Shown in pieces: positions 26,901 to 39,772 of a DNA stretch of 64,000 nucleotides (position 1 is the stretch's first letter; each line of letters opens with the position of its first letter). The position numbers and the translations under genes are program-made. The notes beneath the pieces are model-generated. The model ran no database searches. It was not told the DNA's origin and worked only from the letters and a program-made list of their open reading frames with translations. The stretch is from Gnetum montanum (taxonomy: Eukaryota > Plantae > Gnetophyta), in the NCBI GenBank assembly GCA_015680685.1, contig MNCI01000472.1, forward strand, positions 615,863 to 679,862, in the 5' to 3' direction.

Positions 26901-29900
26901 GAAATGGAATTCCCAAGTTCTATGGACTCTTTCTCTTCAACTGTCGAAGATGTGGAATACCTGTTTCTACGGCACTCAGAATTCCTGGATTTAAAAGGTT
27001 TCTTTCTACATTCTCCAGAACTGCAGCCTTGAAGAAGGTTTAGAACAAGGTTTGCCTACACAAGACAAAATCTGTGTACCATTAGTAAGAGAAAAGTAAC
27101 TGCCTCTTCAGTATGTTAATTATAGTGAAATGAAAATATATTGCAAATAGTAAAGCCATACCTGTGCTTTGTAAAATACAATCACACCAATTTGCCAACC
27201 GGGTATTCCAAAATTTAGCATCAATTTGACTAATTCACAAACTAGTTTTGCTTCATAAGCATTAGTATAGCCCTTCATAGAATCTTTTTCTTCCTTTCCA
27301 TGATTGCATGTGTCCCAAAATAAAAATGGGGCCATTCCTGGAAGAAGAGGAGGTCGATCAGTTTCCCTACATAACTTAAGACAACAGTTCATTAGATTGG
27401 ATACAAAGGCTAAATATGTCATATTCAAAATATAATAAATTCATTTCAAAATTTGCATGACCATATTGTCATCATATAGCAAAAAATAAAACCAATTACA
27501 GCTTGTTATAAGAGAAGCATAGGTCATGATAGATGTTCGCATTCATATGTTTCAAAACTACTTCTCATATGAATACTTGTATAGTTGTAGTAAATATGGA
27601 AAGAAACTCACAAATTGTAATGCCCCACATTTGTACATATGATGTTAGTACTCTATTAAGAACTTAGACTTTAATTTGTTTTAAAGATTATATATATTTG
27701 TAGATGTGTCTAATACTTCACCTTTGTTTGGGTGACAAGCAAGATTACTATTTATTTATAATTTTTGTCTACCTTTTTATTATTTTAAGTTTCAATATAC
27801 ACATTATTAATGAATGAACAATGCAAAGTCTAGCATTATTTTAGAATAATATTAGAAAATTAACATGATCTGGATTCATGGTTTTTTTTGACATTTAGTT
27901 AAAATTTTTAAATTATTGAATATTTAATTAATTAAAATATGTCAAAATTCATTGTTAGATCGCGCTCAAATATGGTGGACTATCTTAGCTTTACACCTAG
28001 ATCTACAATTAGTTCATCAATTTGAGCCCTAGATTTTGAGATTTTAATGTTAAACAATTAAAAAGAACCTAATGGGACCATATATTCCTTGATTCAATCA
28101 AAATATTATTTTCTTACCATGATAGTTATGGCATGTTTGTGCTTGTTACGACCAGCTCAGCATGTGTAAAATGTTGGATGGACAAAAAGTTTAATATCAA
28201 TGATTTTTACTAGATAAATTATAGAAAATGTGGAAAACAAATAAAAGGCCAAAAATAAATTAGAAACCCTCAGCATATAAACTAAAAAGCGACTTAAAAC
28301 AAGACCAAAAAAATTGGGCCATAAGAAAAGTCAATGTGGGATGGTGATGTATGCTCTATGACATGCTTATGATGACATCTATTTTATTTATATGCAAATT
28401 GTCTACTTCATATTAATGGCTGGAAAAAGGGATAAATGACTCATTAATAGGGATAGGGACCATGTGACTATCTTAAGTGCTGTCAATTTCACATGTCTAC
28501 TCCCTCATCAAAGCTTGCTTTTCCAAGTCAAGTAGTAATGATGTCATGAATAAAAAAAGGATTTTTGAAGAATGGGTTGTCTACTCCTTGTCCATTGTGT
28601 GACCTTTTGTGCACAAGTCTTTACCCAAGCCCAAGTGTGTCCTCCAACCTATAAATACAAGGGGTTTGTACTCTCATTTTCACATTTGGCCAAGGAAAGG
28701 GAGACTATGCTAGTTGGAGGGGTGAACAATTGAGGAGAGGAGGGGGAGAGTGGTTGTTCCTTGCTTGTTTTCAACCATCTTTTGGACCTGCAATTTGAAG
28801 TTGATTTCTTGGACCCAACTTTGAGGTGTCTTCTCCCTCTCCAAATTGGTCAAGTTCAACTCTAAAGGTGTGTATTTCAAACCCTTGTACAAAATTTTTA
28901 GTAGGTGTTTGAAGTTACATTGGCTTGGGCAAGTGAGGATTATTTCATAGGGGCATGTGAAATTTCTTGTGAGTTGTGAGTCATGCATGAAGTTTCTCAT
29001 ATATCTTGGATTTGATTTTTGGTATGCATGTTTTGGGCTTATGAGTTAGCATTTTCTTGTATCATGTGCACTTGGTATTTCATATCGTTTTGGATCTTTT
29101 TTGTGTTATAAAAGCAATGCCCCCCATCACTCTATCCAAGGCTGGTGATCTCTTGTGTGGGCTACAAGAGCTTAGTTCTTGAAGATGCTTGATGGTGTTA
29201 GCTCCCATCATTTTATCCAACCCTAGTGTTCTTCTTGTGTGGACTACAAGATGTTGCAGGGTTGGAAAGACTTGGTGTATCACAACTAGATGACCACAGG
29301 GCCCATTGAATACTCATTTTAATATTAAAAATAAAGCTATGCATATTGAGGATTGTTGGTGTCTTTTGTTAACTGCACATGTTCTATTTTGGGTCAATTT
29401 TGAGGGATTTCTAAGAGAGTTGTCATGTTCCAAATCATTGTTAAATAGTCCTTTGTTCAAGTCTACATTTCTCTCGATGTGAAAACATAAAGCTAGAAAA
29501 TTTATTAATAAAGATGTCAAAGTTTAGAACCATGTTAATCCATCATGGTGTTCAAGCTTAGTGTATATCAAATTTTATTGTTGTTACTCCCTTTCATATT
29601 GCCCATGAGCACATGAGATTTTGTTTGTTCTCTGCTCCATAAAATCAGAAATTTGATTTTTTAATAATGCTAGTATGCAAACTGTCATTCTTTTTCTTTT
29701 TATTATTATCTAGCATTTACTGTTTTCTGATTTCTTAGATATGGTAAAAATGGGATTAACAACAATCACCCATAGGAAAAAGGGGACTGTTACTACTGTT
29801 GTTGTTATTATTATTATTATTATTATTCGCTGGTAATTTATTTCCCAAGATTCTGTCTCCCAATTACTGATACTGCAGACCTTGAAAGATACCTTAGACT

Positions 29901-32900
29901 GAGAGAAAACAAAACCTTGTCAAATCCCAACTTTCATGAGCTATGTGGATTATAATCTCAGATTTATTCTCAGACCCTCCCTCTCCCCTAAACACAGATT
30001 TTATTGCTAAAGATTCAGGCCCTAATTTCAGACTTTGTTTGCCCAATTTTCGATTCCCGAAAATAGAGAAAAACATTGGCTAATTGTCGTATGAAAAACA
30101 AACCCTGACTATTGTAACTCTCTCCATTGTACGATGTGAGCTAGTTCTTATATGTCATTTAAAATACACTTGAGATGCACAGTTTCTTCCTTTATTTCTA
30201 TGGTGGAAATATTGCATCTTGCAAGCTTGGAAGTCTCCTTGGAGTAAGTCTTTCATTACATGAATGTTTGTAAATTTTTTCATAGTTAGATTTTCCTTTC
30301 ATGCAAAGTCAATATTGTTTTTTTCCCCACTACAATGTGCTAACCCCATATATTTATCAGCAATTATATTGTTTTATTTGTGCAAAGAAAAGAAAGAAAA
30401 CATCTGTGTGAACATCTATGTTTATTTGCTTTCCATAAAAATAACCTACATGAATTATGATTAGAAACCCGTAGGATAAGCAATTTACCTAAACTAACAA
30501 TTAGTAATTAGGTGGATGATAAATTTGATTGGTATGCATTATGTTAAGCATGTAATATTTTTAGGGATCATTAACTAATCATAATATATTCATCCCCATA
30601 CTTTGAATTGATAGGTTGCATTGTTTATTTAATTTTCATACATCCTACCTTGGATGTGGAGATAAGCACCACTATCTAACCCAACCTGTACATATGCTTC
30701 CTTCGGGTTAATATCCTAAGCCATTGGAACCAATGGGGTTGAGTTGCACAACACCCAAAGGTTTTCAATGATGCAGGTGCCATGCATAAGTGTGCACCTA
30801 TGTCATGTATGATCCTCGATCACCTATCTTAGAGGTATATCAAGGTGTAATCCAAAAATGATGGTTGAGCCAAGCCTTGTTTGTGTAGTTTCGAACCTAA
30901 AGATACCTAGCTCATGGTCAGATAGTAACTGGATTTTTCAAGTTGGATGGCCCTCAATGTTGAAATGTAATGCCACATTGCATGGGCAAAGTTGTTGAAA
31001 CCTATATCTTTTATTCCCAACCATTGTTTGAACCCTATAATAGATTAAATGATCTTGTATGGTGGAAACATAGTGGAGGATTAGGAGTACATCCAACCAC
31101 ATCTGTTGGTATTGCTTGTATAATAAAACTTGAAGCAAGTGAGTCACACAAATGTTTGATGTTTTCTAGCTTCGAAAGTGATGGAAAGTGTTAGCAATCA
31201 CCTTGGATTATGCTAGTTTTTTTAGATGTCATGGTGCTACTAAAGTTAGATGATATGCAATAGTTGCATCAATCCTTAGAATTATGAGAAGTGACAAGGA
31301 CTCATCCTATCAATAACTTGTAAAGTCTAAGAAGAGAAGGAGGTAGGTAGACCCTATAATCATCCCATCATTATGAGCCACACCCTTGTTAGTTGCTAAT
31401 GTAAGTATAATTCCATGTTTCTAGAGGATTGGAAAAAACTTGTACTAATCTTTAGAGGGTGGTTATTATGGGTCCTATACAAATAGTTAATTTAGTTGTT
31501 GATAGAGGCAAATGGCAAGACAACCCTCTATTGTTGGGACAAGGCTAGCATGGTGATGATGATGAATCTCAAGTAGTTTATTAAAAAGGAAATGGATTTT
31601 TATAAGCAAATTGTGTGGGAACATATCCTAGACATCCAACCACAAACAAAATTTTTCAAATCTTCGAAGAATATTTTTTAAGCATGTCCAAAAGAACACA
31701 TGGAGAAAATGCATCGGGAATGTACATTTAATCTTTTATTCATGAAGATAAAATGAGTCTTTACAATGCCTAATATGCACCTTTCAAGTGTTAATAGTTG
31801 TCATTAAGTACCACACTAACCACACCTCAATTATGAAGAACATTACCAACACTATCTAAAACCAAAGTCATATGAGGTTTGATAGGTTATATATTCCACA
31901 TATGTGTACCATTGCTCTCATGGAATAGATCTAATTCACAAAGTTGCAATGACCCACAATACATCTAACACTAATACTTTATGTTATATGTTAGAATGTC
32001 ATATAATAATTAAATACTTGAACTTGAAGTTCCTTTTGAAGTGTATATATATTTGAAAAAGTGTGTTAGGTTTATAAAATAGTATGAAAATTTTAAACTA
32101 GCTTAGTTATACATTTAATATATATACCTATAATTTGGACGAGAGAATCTTGCAAAAATGAACTTTGAGTTTAGTTCATCTATTGTATTAAAAATTATCC
32201 GAGTTGCAATTTTACTAAATTCTTTGTATTCTATAACAATTTTGGTCACATTGCTATGATTGCATGATGAGAAGAATAATAAATTCCAAGTTTGGTACTA
32301 AATCTTGTGTTGCAAAATATTTTGAATTTTCATGGATTGTTGTTTCCATATATATTCCCATGCCCTTCCAAATTTTATTCCTTGTGCATTGAATTAACTA
32401 ATTCCAAGTTTGGTCCTAAATCTTGTGCTACAAAAGATTTTGAATTTTCATGGATTTTTGTTTCAGTACATATTCCCATGCCCTTTTGAATTTTATTCGT
32501 TAGGCATTATAATAAGAAGAGATAAACATAGAAGCCATAGATTGCTTAATGCAAATATGTTGGTATTATAGATGAAATATTATTTAGTGTTATAGATAGG
32601 CTCTCCTTTGAATGTTATGGACAAACTATTATTTAGTGTTACCAATAAGCTGTCCTTGGAGTGTTATGTATGAAATATTATATAAAATAACTTTAAACAG
32701 GAATTTGAAATGGAAGCGGGAGCAAGAGCAAGAGTCAAGGTTGTCGGTGGTGTGGAGGCCAACGCAGGCGAGGAGGTAAGTGCGAAGGAGCAGCAGGAGT
32801 GAGGGCTGGCTCCAGGGGCAGATCTTAGGTGGTGATTGTTATAGGCAAGGGTGCAAAGAGTGGAACTGTAGGGGGTGAAGCAAAGGCTGTGGGGTCAAGT

Positions 32901-35900
32901 AGTGTGGTTGCCTCAATTTGGGGAGTGGAGAGTGGTCAAGGGACACTTTTGTCAAGAGGATGTAAGCTAGGTGTTGGAGGGGTTGACACCTGTTCCAGGC
33001 AGGAGGGGCGTATGACACTGAAAGTTTGTGGACCCTCGACAAATGGAATAAAAACAATGGAGCTAAGCCTCATCGGAAAATTTGTCTCTAGCAGAGTGAG
33101 ACCCTACTTGGACATGATCAAACAGTGGGCACAGCAAGCTTGGGGTTTGGTGGATATTGGAGTGCGTTGTCTATCGGAAGAGCTGTTGCTCTTCATTTTT
33201 TCTTCGATAGTAGATCAGGATAGAATCTTGGTGGGGGGACCCATGGTTCTATGGGGCCCATGGGCTCACTCTGACCCAATGGAGGCCAAGTGCCCATAGA
33301 GAGGAAGACTTGTTTAGTAGAGTGCCAATGTGGATTCGAGCCTCAAGGGTTCCTTGAGAATGGTGGACGCTGGATTTCCTAGAAACTCTCACAGGTTTTT
33401 TCGGAGATTTCATTATGCTTGACCGTTGTACCAGATCTATGGAGCACATGGGGTTTGTGCATTTTTGCGTTTGGCAGCCTCTATCGTTGAAAGACCTAGT
33501 GAAAGAGGTTGTGTTGGATCTTCCTTCCGAGGCAAAGAAGATCTATATTGAGTATGAGAATTTTGGAGAGCTAAACCCTCTGGTGACAAAGAAGGAAGGA
33601 TGCTCAATATGCAAGAAACCAAGGCATTTGAAGGTAGACTATAGGGTTTGAGAAATGGCAAAACTGAAAGGGCTACAACCACCAACACAGCCGACTCAAG
33701 TTGGTTGGTTCAAGATTACAAAGGGGTGTGCAATGCTGGAGGCCCAAGAAGGGCAACAAGAGGGGACGTTGATGGTGGAGGCGATCAAGCAAAGACCCTG
33801 TAGACCGAAGACAAGGGCAAGAACAAATCCTATTTCTCCAAGCATGGAGCACCCTCCGTGGGGAAGTTGGATTGAGGTGGCAAGGGGTTTTGCCAAGCCC
33901 TTGATGAAAGATATTCTTGAGGCACAGAAAAAGGCGACCAAGATGATGGGAGATGTGGCGGCAATGGATGTGGTCAATGCCTCCCCGACCAAGGGGAAGG
34001 TTGGACGTCCAAGGGTGCAGAAGGCCAAGAAGAAGCTAACTCAATTTGATATTGATTTGGGATTGGAAAAATACATTGAAAGAGACCTATCACAAACAAT
34101 CTCTAGGTCGCTCATGAACTTGCTTTCTTGGAGTTGCAAGGGGTAGGGTACTCCCTACAAAAGAAATACCTTGAGATCGATTGTATAGAGTGAAGGATGT
34201 GATGTGGTTTGCCTATAGGAGACTAAGCTGAATGTGGTGGAGTACAGTTGGTTAAGGTGGGAGGGATGAAAAACACAGATGGTGTTGTGTAGGGGTTGTG
34301 CTGGTGTGTTGGCTATGCTCACTCATTTCTAGATCATTTTGATCGACAATTCGCAATGGAGCCAAACAGTCCATGTGATCCATGAAAATATGTGGCTAAC
34401 ACTTTTACAGTGCCCAAAATTGGGAAGTGTGGGTGCAAGAATTAAGGCAACTAGCGTAAGTGGTTCCAAATAAGCAACATTGGATTCTGATTGGGGATTT
34501 CAACCAATATCGATATCCCTAGGAAAAGACAGGAAGGGATACCATGGAACCATTAGGGGGGGCTGAGTGTGTTGAGTTTCTGAGAGAGCACAAGTTGGTG
34601 GATATGGAGATAGTAGGTTGTCAATTTACATGGAGTAATAGGAGGAAGGGGAAAAATCAGGTGCAATCGTGAATTGACCAAGTGTGGGTCAATACAAGGA
34701 TGGCACTGCAACTTGATATTTAGGTGATAGGGCAGGAAAGGCAAGCATTAGATCACCAATCCATCTTGTGTCAGGTTGGGACCCTGCAAGGATCTTTTCC
34801 TAGGCCTTTCCGTTTTGAGCGCACATGGTTGGGGAAGGCATGTTTAAGGTTGTTGGTTGAGGATATCTAGCAAGAATTTTCTCTTGATCATGAGCCCATA
34901 GATCTCCTAAAATAGGGGCTACAAATTCTCAAGCAACGAATTCGGGCCATGATGTCTGAGGACAATTACAATTTCAAAGCACATCGTTCACAAGTACAAG
35001 ACAAATTGCGGGAGATCCAAACAAGGCAGGAGAATGGGGCTAACCTAGCTAACAAGGAGAACGAAGTGCTGCAGGAGTTGTAGGAGCTATCATTGGAGGA
35101 GGAGTTACTAGCAACAGTGGGCACAAATTAGTTGGCTAAAAGAAGGAGACCGTAACATGGGTTTCTTCTTTGCAACCATGAAGGGGAAAGGACAACTTAA
35201 GCAAAAGTTGCATTTGGTGTTGGAGGGGGAACCGATTGGGGACGCCCAACAGGTGGTTGAGGCAATGCAATAGTACTGGGCAAACATTTGACAAAGAAGA
35301 GATTCAAGGAAAATTTCAATTCCTATTCAATGACACCTGCGCATCTAGAAACACTAGTGTTCCCACCCGCCACAATGCCAAAATTAGCCCCGAATGCCAT
35401 CCCAGCCTTTTACGTCGAAGACAATGTAACAAAATTTGTGACATGTTCATGTGCATACTGTGCTTTAAAAATTGCCAATGATAGGGGGTTTAGAGGGGAT
35501 AATTGCCTCGCGAGAGATTGCCGCGTTGATTGACCAAGCATGTAAGGCAGCAGCTAAAAAAGTGAGGGCTGAAGAGGGAGATCTGGGAGGCATGCTAGAC
35601 AATGAGGGAGGAGGATTTGCAATTGAGTGGGGTTCCAAGGACATCAATTCTTTTTGGTTGTATATAGATTCTTTTGAGTTATAAATCCCGAACATTACTC
35701 AAAAAAATGATTGGTAGTTGGCCTCCCAACCAAAATTAGGTCATTTAAGCAAATTTTCTAATTATCTAATATTTAAAAATAGAAAATATATATATTTGTT
35801 GTTGGATGAAAGGGGTAGAGTTTAACACCATCATAGAATAGCACCTTAAAATTGATGAAAACATAATCTATGACTTACTTTCAATTCCTTGCCTTTCCAT

Positions 35901-38900
35901 TATGGCTTTGGATGTGTGGTTAGTTTTGTTTTCATTGTGCTAATCCATTGCATTAATATTTATTTCTGATCACAAAAATTCTTATAACCGATGGACCCTA
36001 ACATCATCAACACATCTTGAAGTGTTTATTTTAAGCAGTAAAATCCACAAACAATAAACAGCTTAAGCTAAATTATTGGTCAATTTTGACTTTGTCAAAA
36101 TGCAAGACTAGGCTCTTATTACAAGCAGAGATGTTACAACTTATTTGAATCACATTAACGATAACACCATGGAACGTTATGATGTGCTTATTTAGACCTC
36201 TAAAAGTAATCAAGATAGAAAAAATGGAATAAAACTTCTTGTGATGGCATTTGAATGATTCTAAAAAGATACACCTAACATGACAATAACAATGAATGTA
36301 TCTCCAAACTCTTGTGTACAGTTATCACTGAATAAACCTCACTAGAGACAACCTGAAGTATTGCACATGAGAAATTCTTCTTGAAAGCATAAGGCATGCC
36401 ATGAAAAAGATTAAAGCTATATTCAAACTTGGATGACAACTACAGCTTCAGAATTATCCCTAACCATTTTGTCTATCATCAATCAGAGCCTCAATGCTCA
36501 ACCCCAATGAAGTGGGGGCCCAAGAAGGTCAGTGGATAAGCAAAAGCTTAAGCTCTTCAAGTGGCTGGGCCCAGGAGTATTATCTGTAACTAAATGCACA
36601 AATTTATATCTATAAAGACTCATGAAATCATTAAAAGGACATTTAGAAATAAAAGAAAAGTATTTGTAAAAACCTGCAGCCGTTGATGATTTTTCCACCA
36701 TAAAAAAACTCATTTGGGATAGCTACCAGCCTGAAAAGAAAATATACATATATTATAAGTACATTATGTAACCCAAGAAACAAAAAGGAAAAAAACCATA
36801 ACCTAGCTATATGAAATATTTCTTAAGCTGCCATGTATTTGGATAACAATTTACAGACAACATGGTGTCTCCAACTTGAAATCCTAAACCTTAAACAATT
36901 TTATGTTCATGATAGTGAACATCATACCTTGGATGACATCTGTATTGTGTCTTCAACACTATCGGTTCATAGCCCATCTCCACTAATCGAACAAAGAGTG
37001 GCCTGGAAGATTCCTGAAAACAGTCAGCGAGGCATCCAATGTATTTATAGATTGGCAAAGAAAGGTGACAGTAACTTGCCTCCTTAGATCATTGGAGAAA
37101 GTCGGTAATGCATTTTGATCATTAGATTCTTTCAAAGAAAGCATATCACTAGTTTGTATCTCTGGGTTCTCATGATTCTTCAATTCATAAGTTTCTTTTC
37201 CACCAAGCAAAGCCGGTGGTAGCTGACAAGGATCTCCAACAGCAACAAGCCTAATGAGCAAAGCATAGTCAAATTATGACAGTGAACAGTCTAGTAAAAA
37301 TAGTGCCATTCCAGTATGCAGAACTGACATACAACGGAGAATAAACGTACTTGTTACATCCAAACTGACAAATAGGAAGCAAACTAAGAGGTTCAGGCAT
37401 CTGTGAGCATTCATCCAGGATGCAAATCTAAAATAACAAAACTATACAATCAGAACCAGCTTTGCTGCTGCAAATATGGCTGAAACACGATCTATCGACC
37501 AGCTGTGTCCATTCATCAAGGACATGAATATAGAATTGACAAATATTAAACTAGATAAATCATGGTAAGGAGTCGTCTGAATAACTGAAATTGTACGCTG
37601 CAACCTGAAATTTGTTTCCCTTTAAAATTGGATTGATTGTTGAGTAACAGGTCACACCAACAACTGGGGCATCTTTAAGTCGTTCTTTTCTTCGAGCTAT
37701 TTTCCCTTCTTTAAGTGCTTTAATTTCCTTTTCAATTTCCTGAAACAGAAATTAATAAGTTAATTAAGTTGTTCAGTTCACTAAGGGCTATTCTAAAAGA
37801 CCCAAGAAAAATAATTAGGTTACCACTCTCCCATTGGCAGTTGTTTCATTAAGTCTCTCCTGTAATTCTTTTATACTTATATCATCCACAGAATCCTCAT
37901 CTCTAGTTGTGTATACAGAGAATCTGAACAATTTATATGAAATTATCACCTAGCAATTAATTGCAATTACGGTTATAAAGTAGTTTCTCATAAAATACTT
38001 GCGGTCTTTCATTTAAATTTAAGTATACAATTTACTTACGGAAGAACTTTCTCTGCAATTCTCTTACTGCTTCCAACTCTAATAAAGTCAGTAAATCCAA
38101 GCTCCAATAAACCTGCTAAAATCCTGGAGCAGTAAAATACAAAACAAAATACATCAAATGTCCCTAATATCAATTTCATCATTCTTTGAGCACATTTTCA
38201 ACTCGTGTTATGACCTGCCTCAGTGCTGGTTTACGATATTATTGGAACTAGTGAACATTTACAGCTATGATAATGATAACATCTAATGATAACACCTCCA
38301 ATGAGGAATAGAGCTACTAATCTAATTATGCAACATAGTTCATCTGATATGTCATAATTGGCATTTATTCCTTCAGAAAATATACAAGTGAAAAATGTAT
38401 GGCTGCAGCAACAGAAGGGCAAGCAGAACCAGGAGGAGATCCTTCAATGGTTCCCGGGTCACCATGAAGCCAATGCTAGGCACTGGTTCAGGGTAGGCAA
38501 ATGCCCTTGTATTGAGGTAAGTATTCATAGGAGGACTCCCTGGGCCAAACTGCATTCTTTGCACCTCACTGGCCCTCCACCCAAATAAGGTACAGGGGGC
38601 TCGATGACAAACAGAGAAAGGCACGTGAAAAACAATTCTAGAGGTTTCAGGAATCAGGCAATTTGTTAATTTAGAGGCAGAGCACACTCTTGTCGATAGG
38701 GTTCATGATCAGGAGACACCTGTATGTGGCTATAGATCCAGCCTTTCCTAAAATAAGCTATTTGTCAAAAGATTTTGCTGTAGGTATTTTTGGCTTTTCT
38801 GGGGTCTATGTGAATGTTGTAGGGCCCATCTAAGATCCCTATCTGTTGATGTCTTATTTGTGTGCTTTTTCTTCTGTTATATGGTTTGTCAATTATGTTC

Positions 38901-39720
38901 AGGACAAGTCCTTAACACTATCTTCTATTTTTTTGTTTGGTTCGGGGTACCTCTCCCCCCTTCTTTTTACTGCTCTTCATTTTGAACATAATATAATGCC
39001 CAATCTTTCTTCCTAAGAAGAAATCCATTACAAGAAAAAAACACTATCTAACCTTACCTGTACATATGCTTACTTAAGCTTAATATCTTGAGCCATTAGA
39101 CCCAAGGGGATTGAGTTACACAACATCTAAAGGTTTTCAATGATACAACAACTATTCATAACTGTGAACTCACCTCATATATAATCCCCGCTCAGCTATC
39201 TTAGGGCTATACCAACATACCATCCAAAAATGATGGTTGAGCCAAGCCTTGTTTGACTATAGCATAGATCATGAAGATAACCCAACTCACAGTCAAATGG
39301 TGACCAGATTCCTTAAGTTGAATGGCCCTCAATGTGGGAAAGCAACACCACATTACATAAGCAAAGTTGTTAAAGCCTATATATTTTTTATCCCTAGCCA
39401 TTATTTGAAGCATTTAAGTATTTTGTGTAGCCAAAACATAGTAGAAGATTAGTATTATAACCAGTCATATCCCTTGGTGTTGCTTGTAAAACAAAACTTA
39501 AAACAAGTGAGATATACAAATATTTGCTATTTTCTAGCTTATCAAGCGATGGAAGTGATAGCAATCACATTTGGCTATGCACCTCTTAAAGGTGTCACAA
39601 TACTAATATAGAGAGGTAATATGCAATTGATGTGATAATTCTAAGAATTATGAAGAGTAGAAAAGTCCTAGGTCATCAACAACATGTGAAGGTCAATGAA
39701 GGTAAGAGGTAATGTAGGCC

Positions 39721-39772
<52 letters not shown>

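Noticed and set aside
32570-32680. Short spaced repeats as a CRISPR-like array
   Set aside because: Only 2-3 degenerate units with similar spacers, eukaryotic context, no cas genes.
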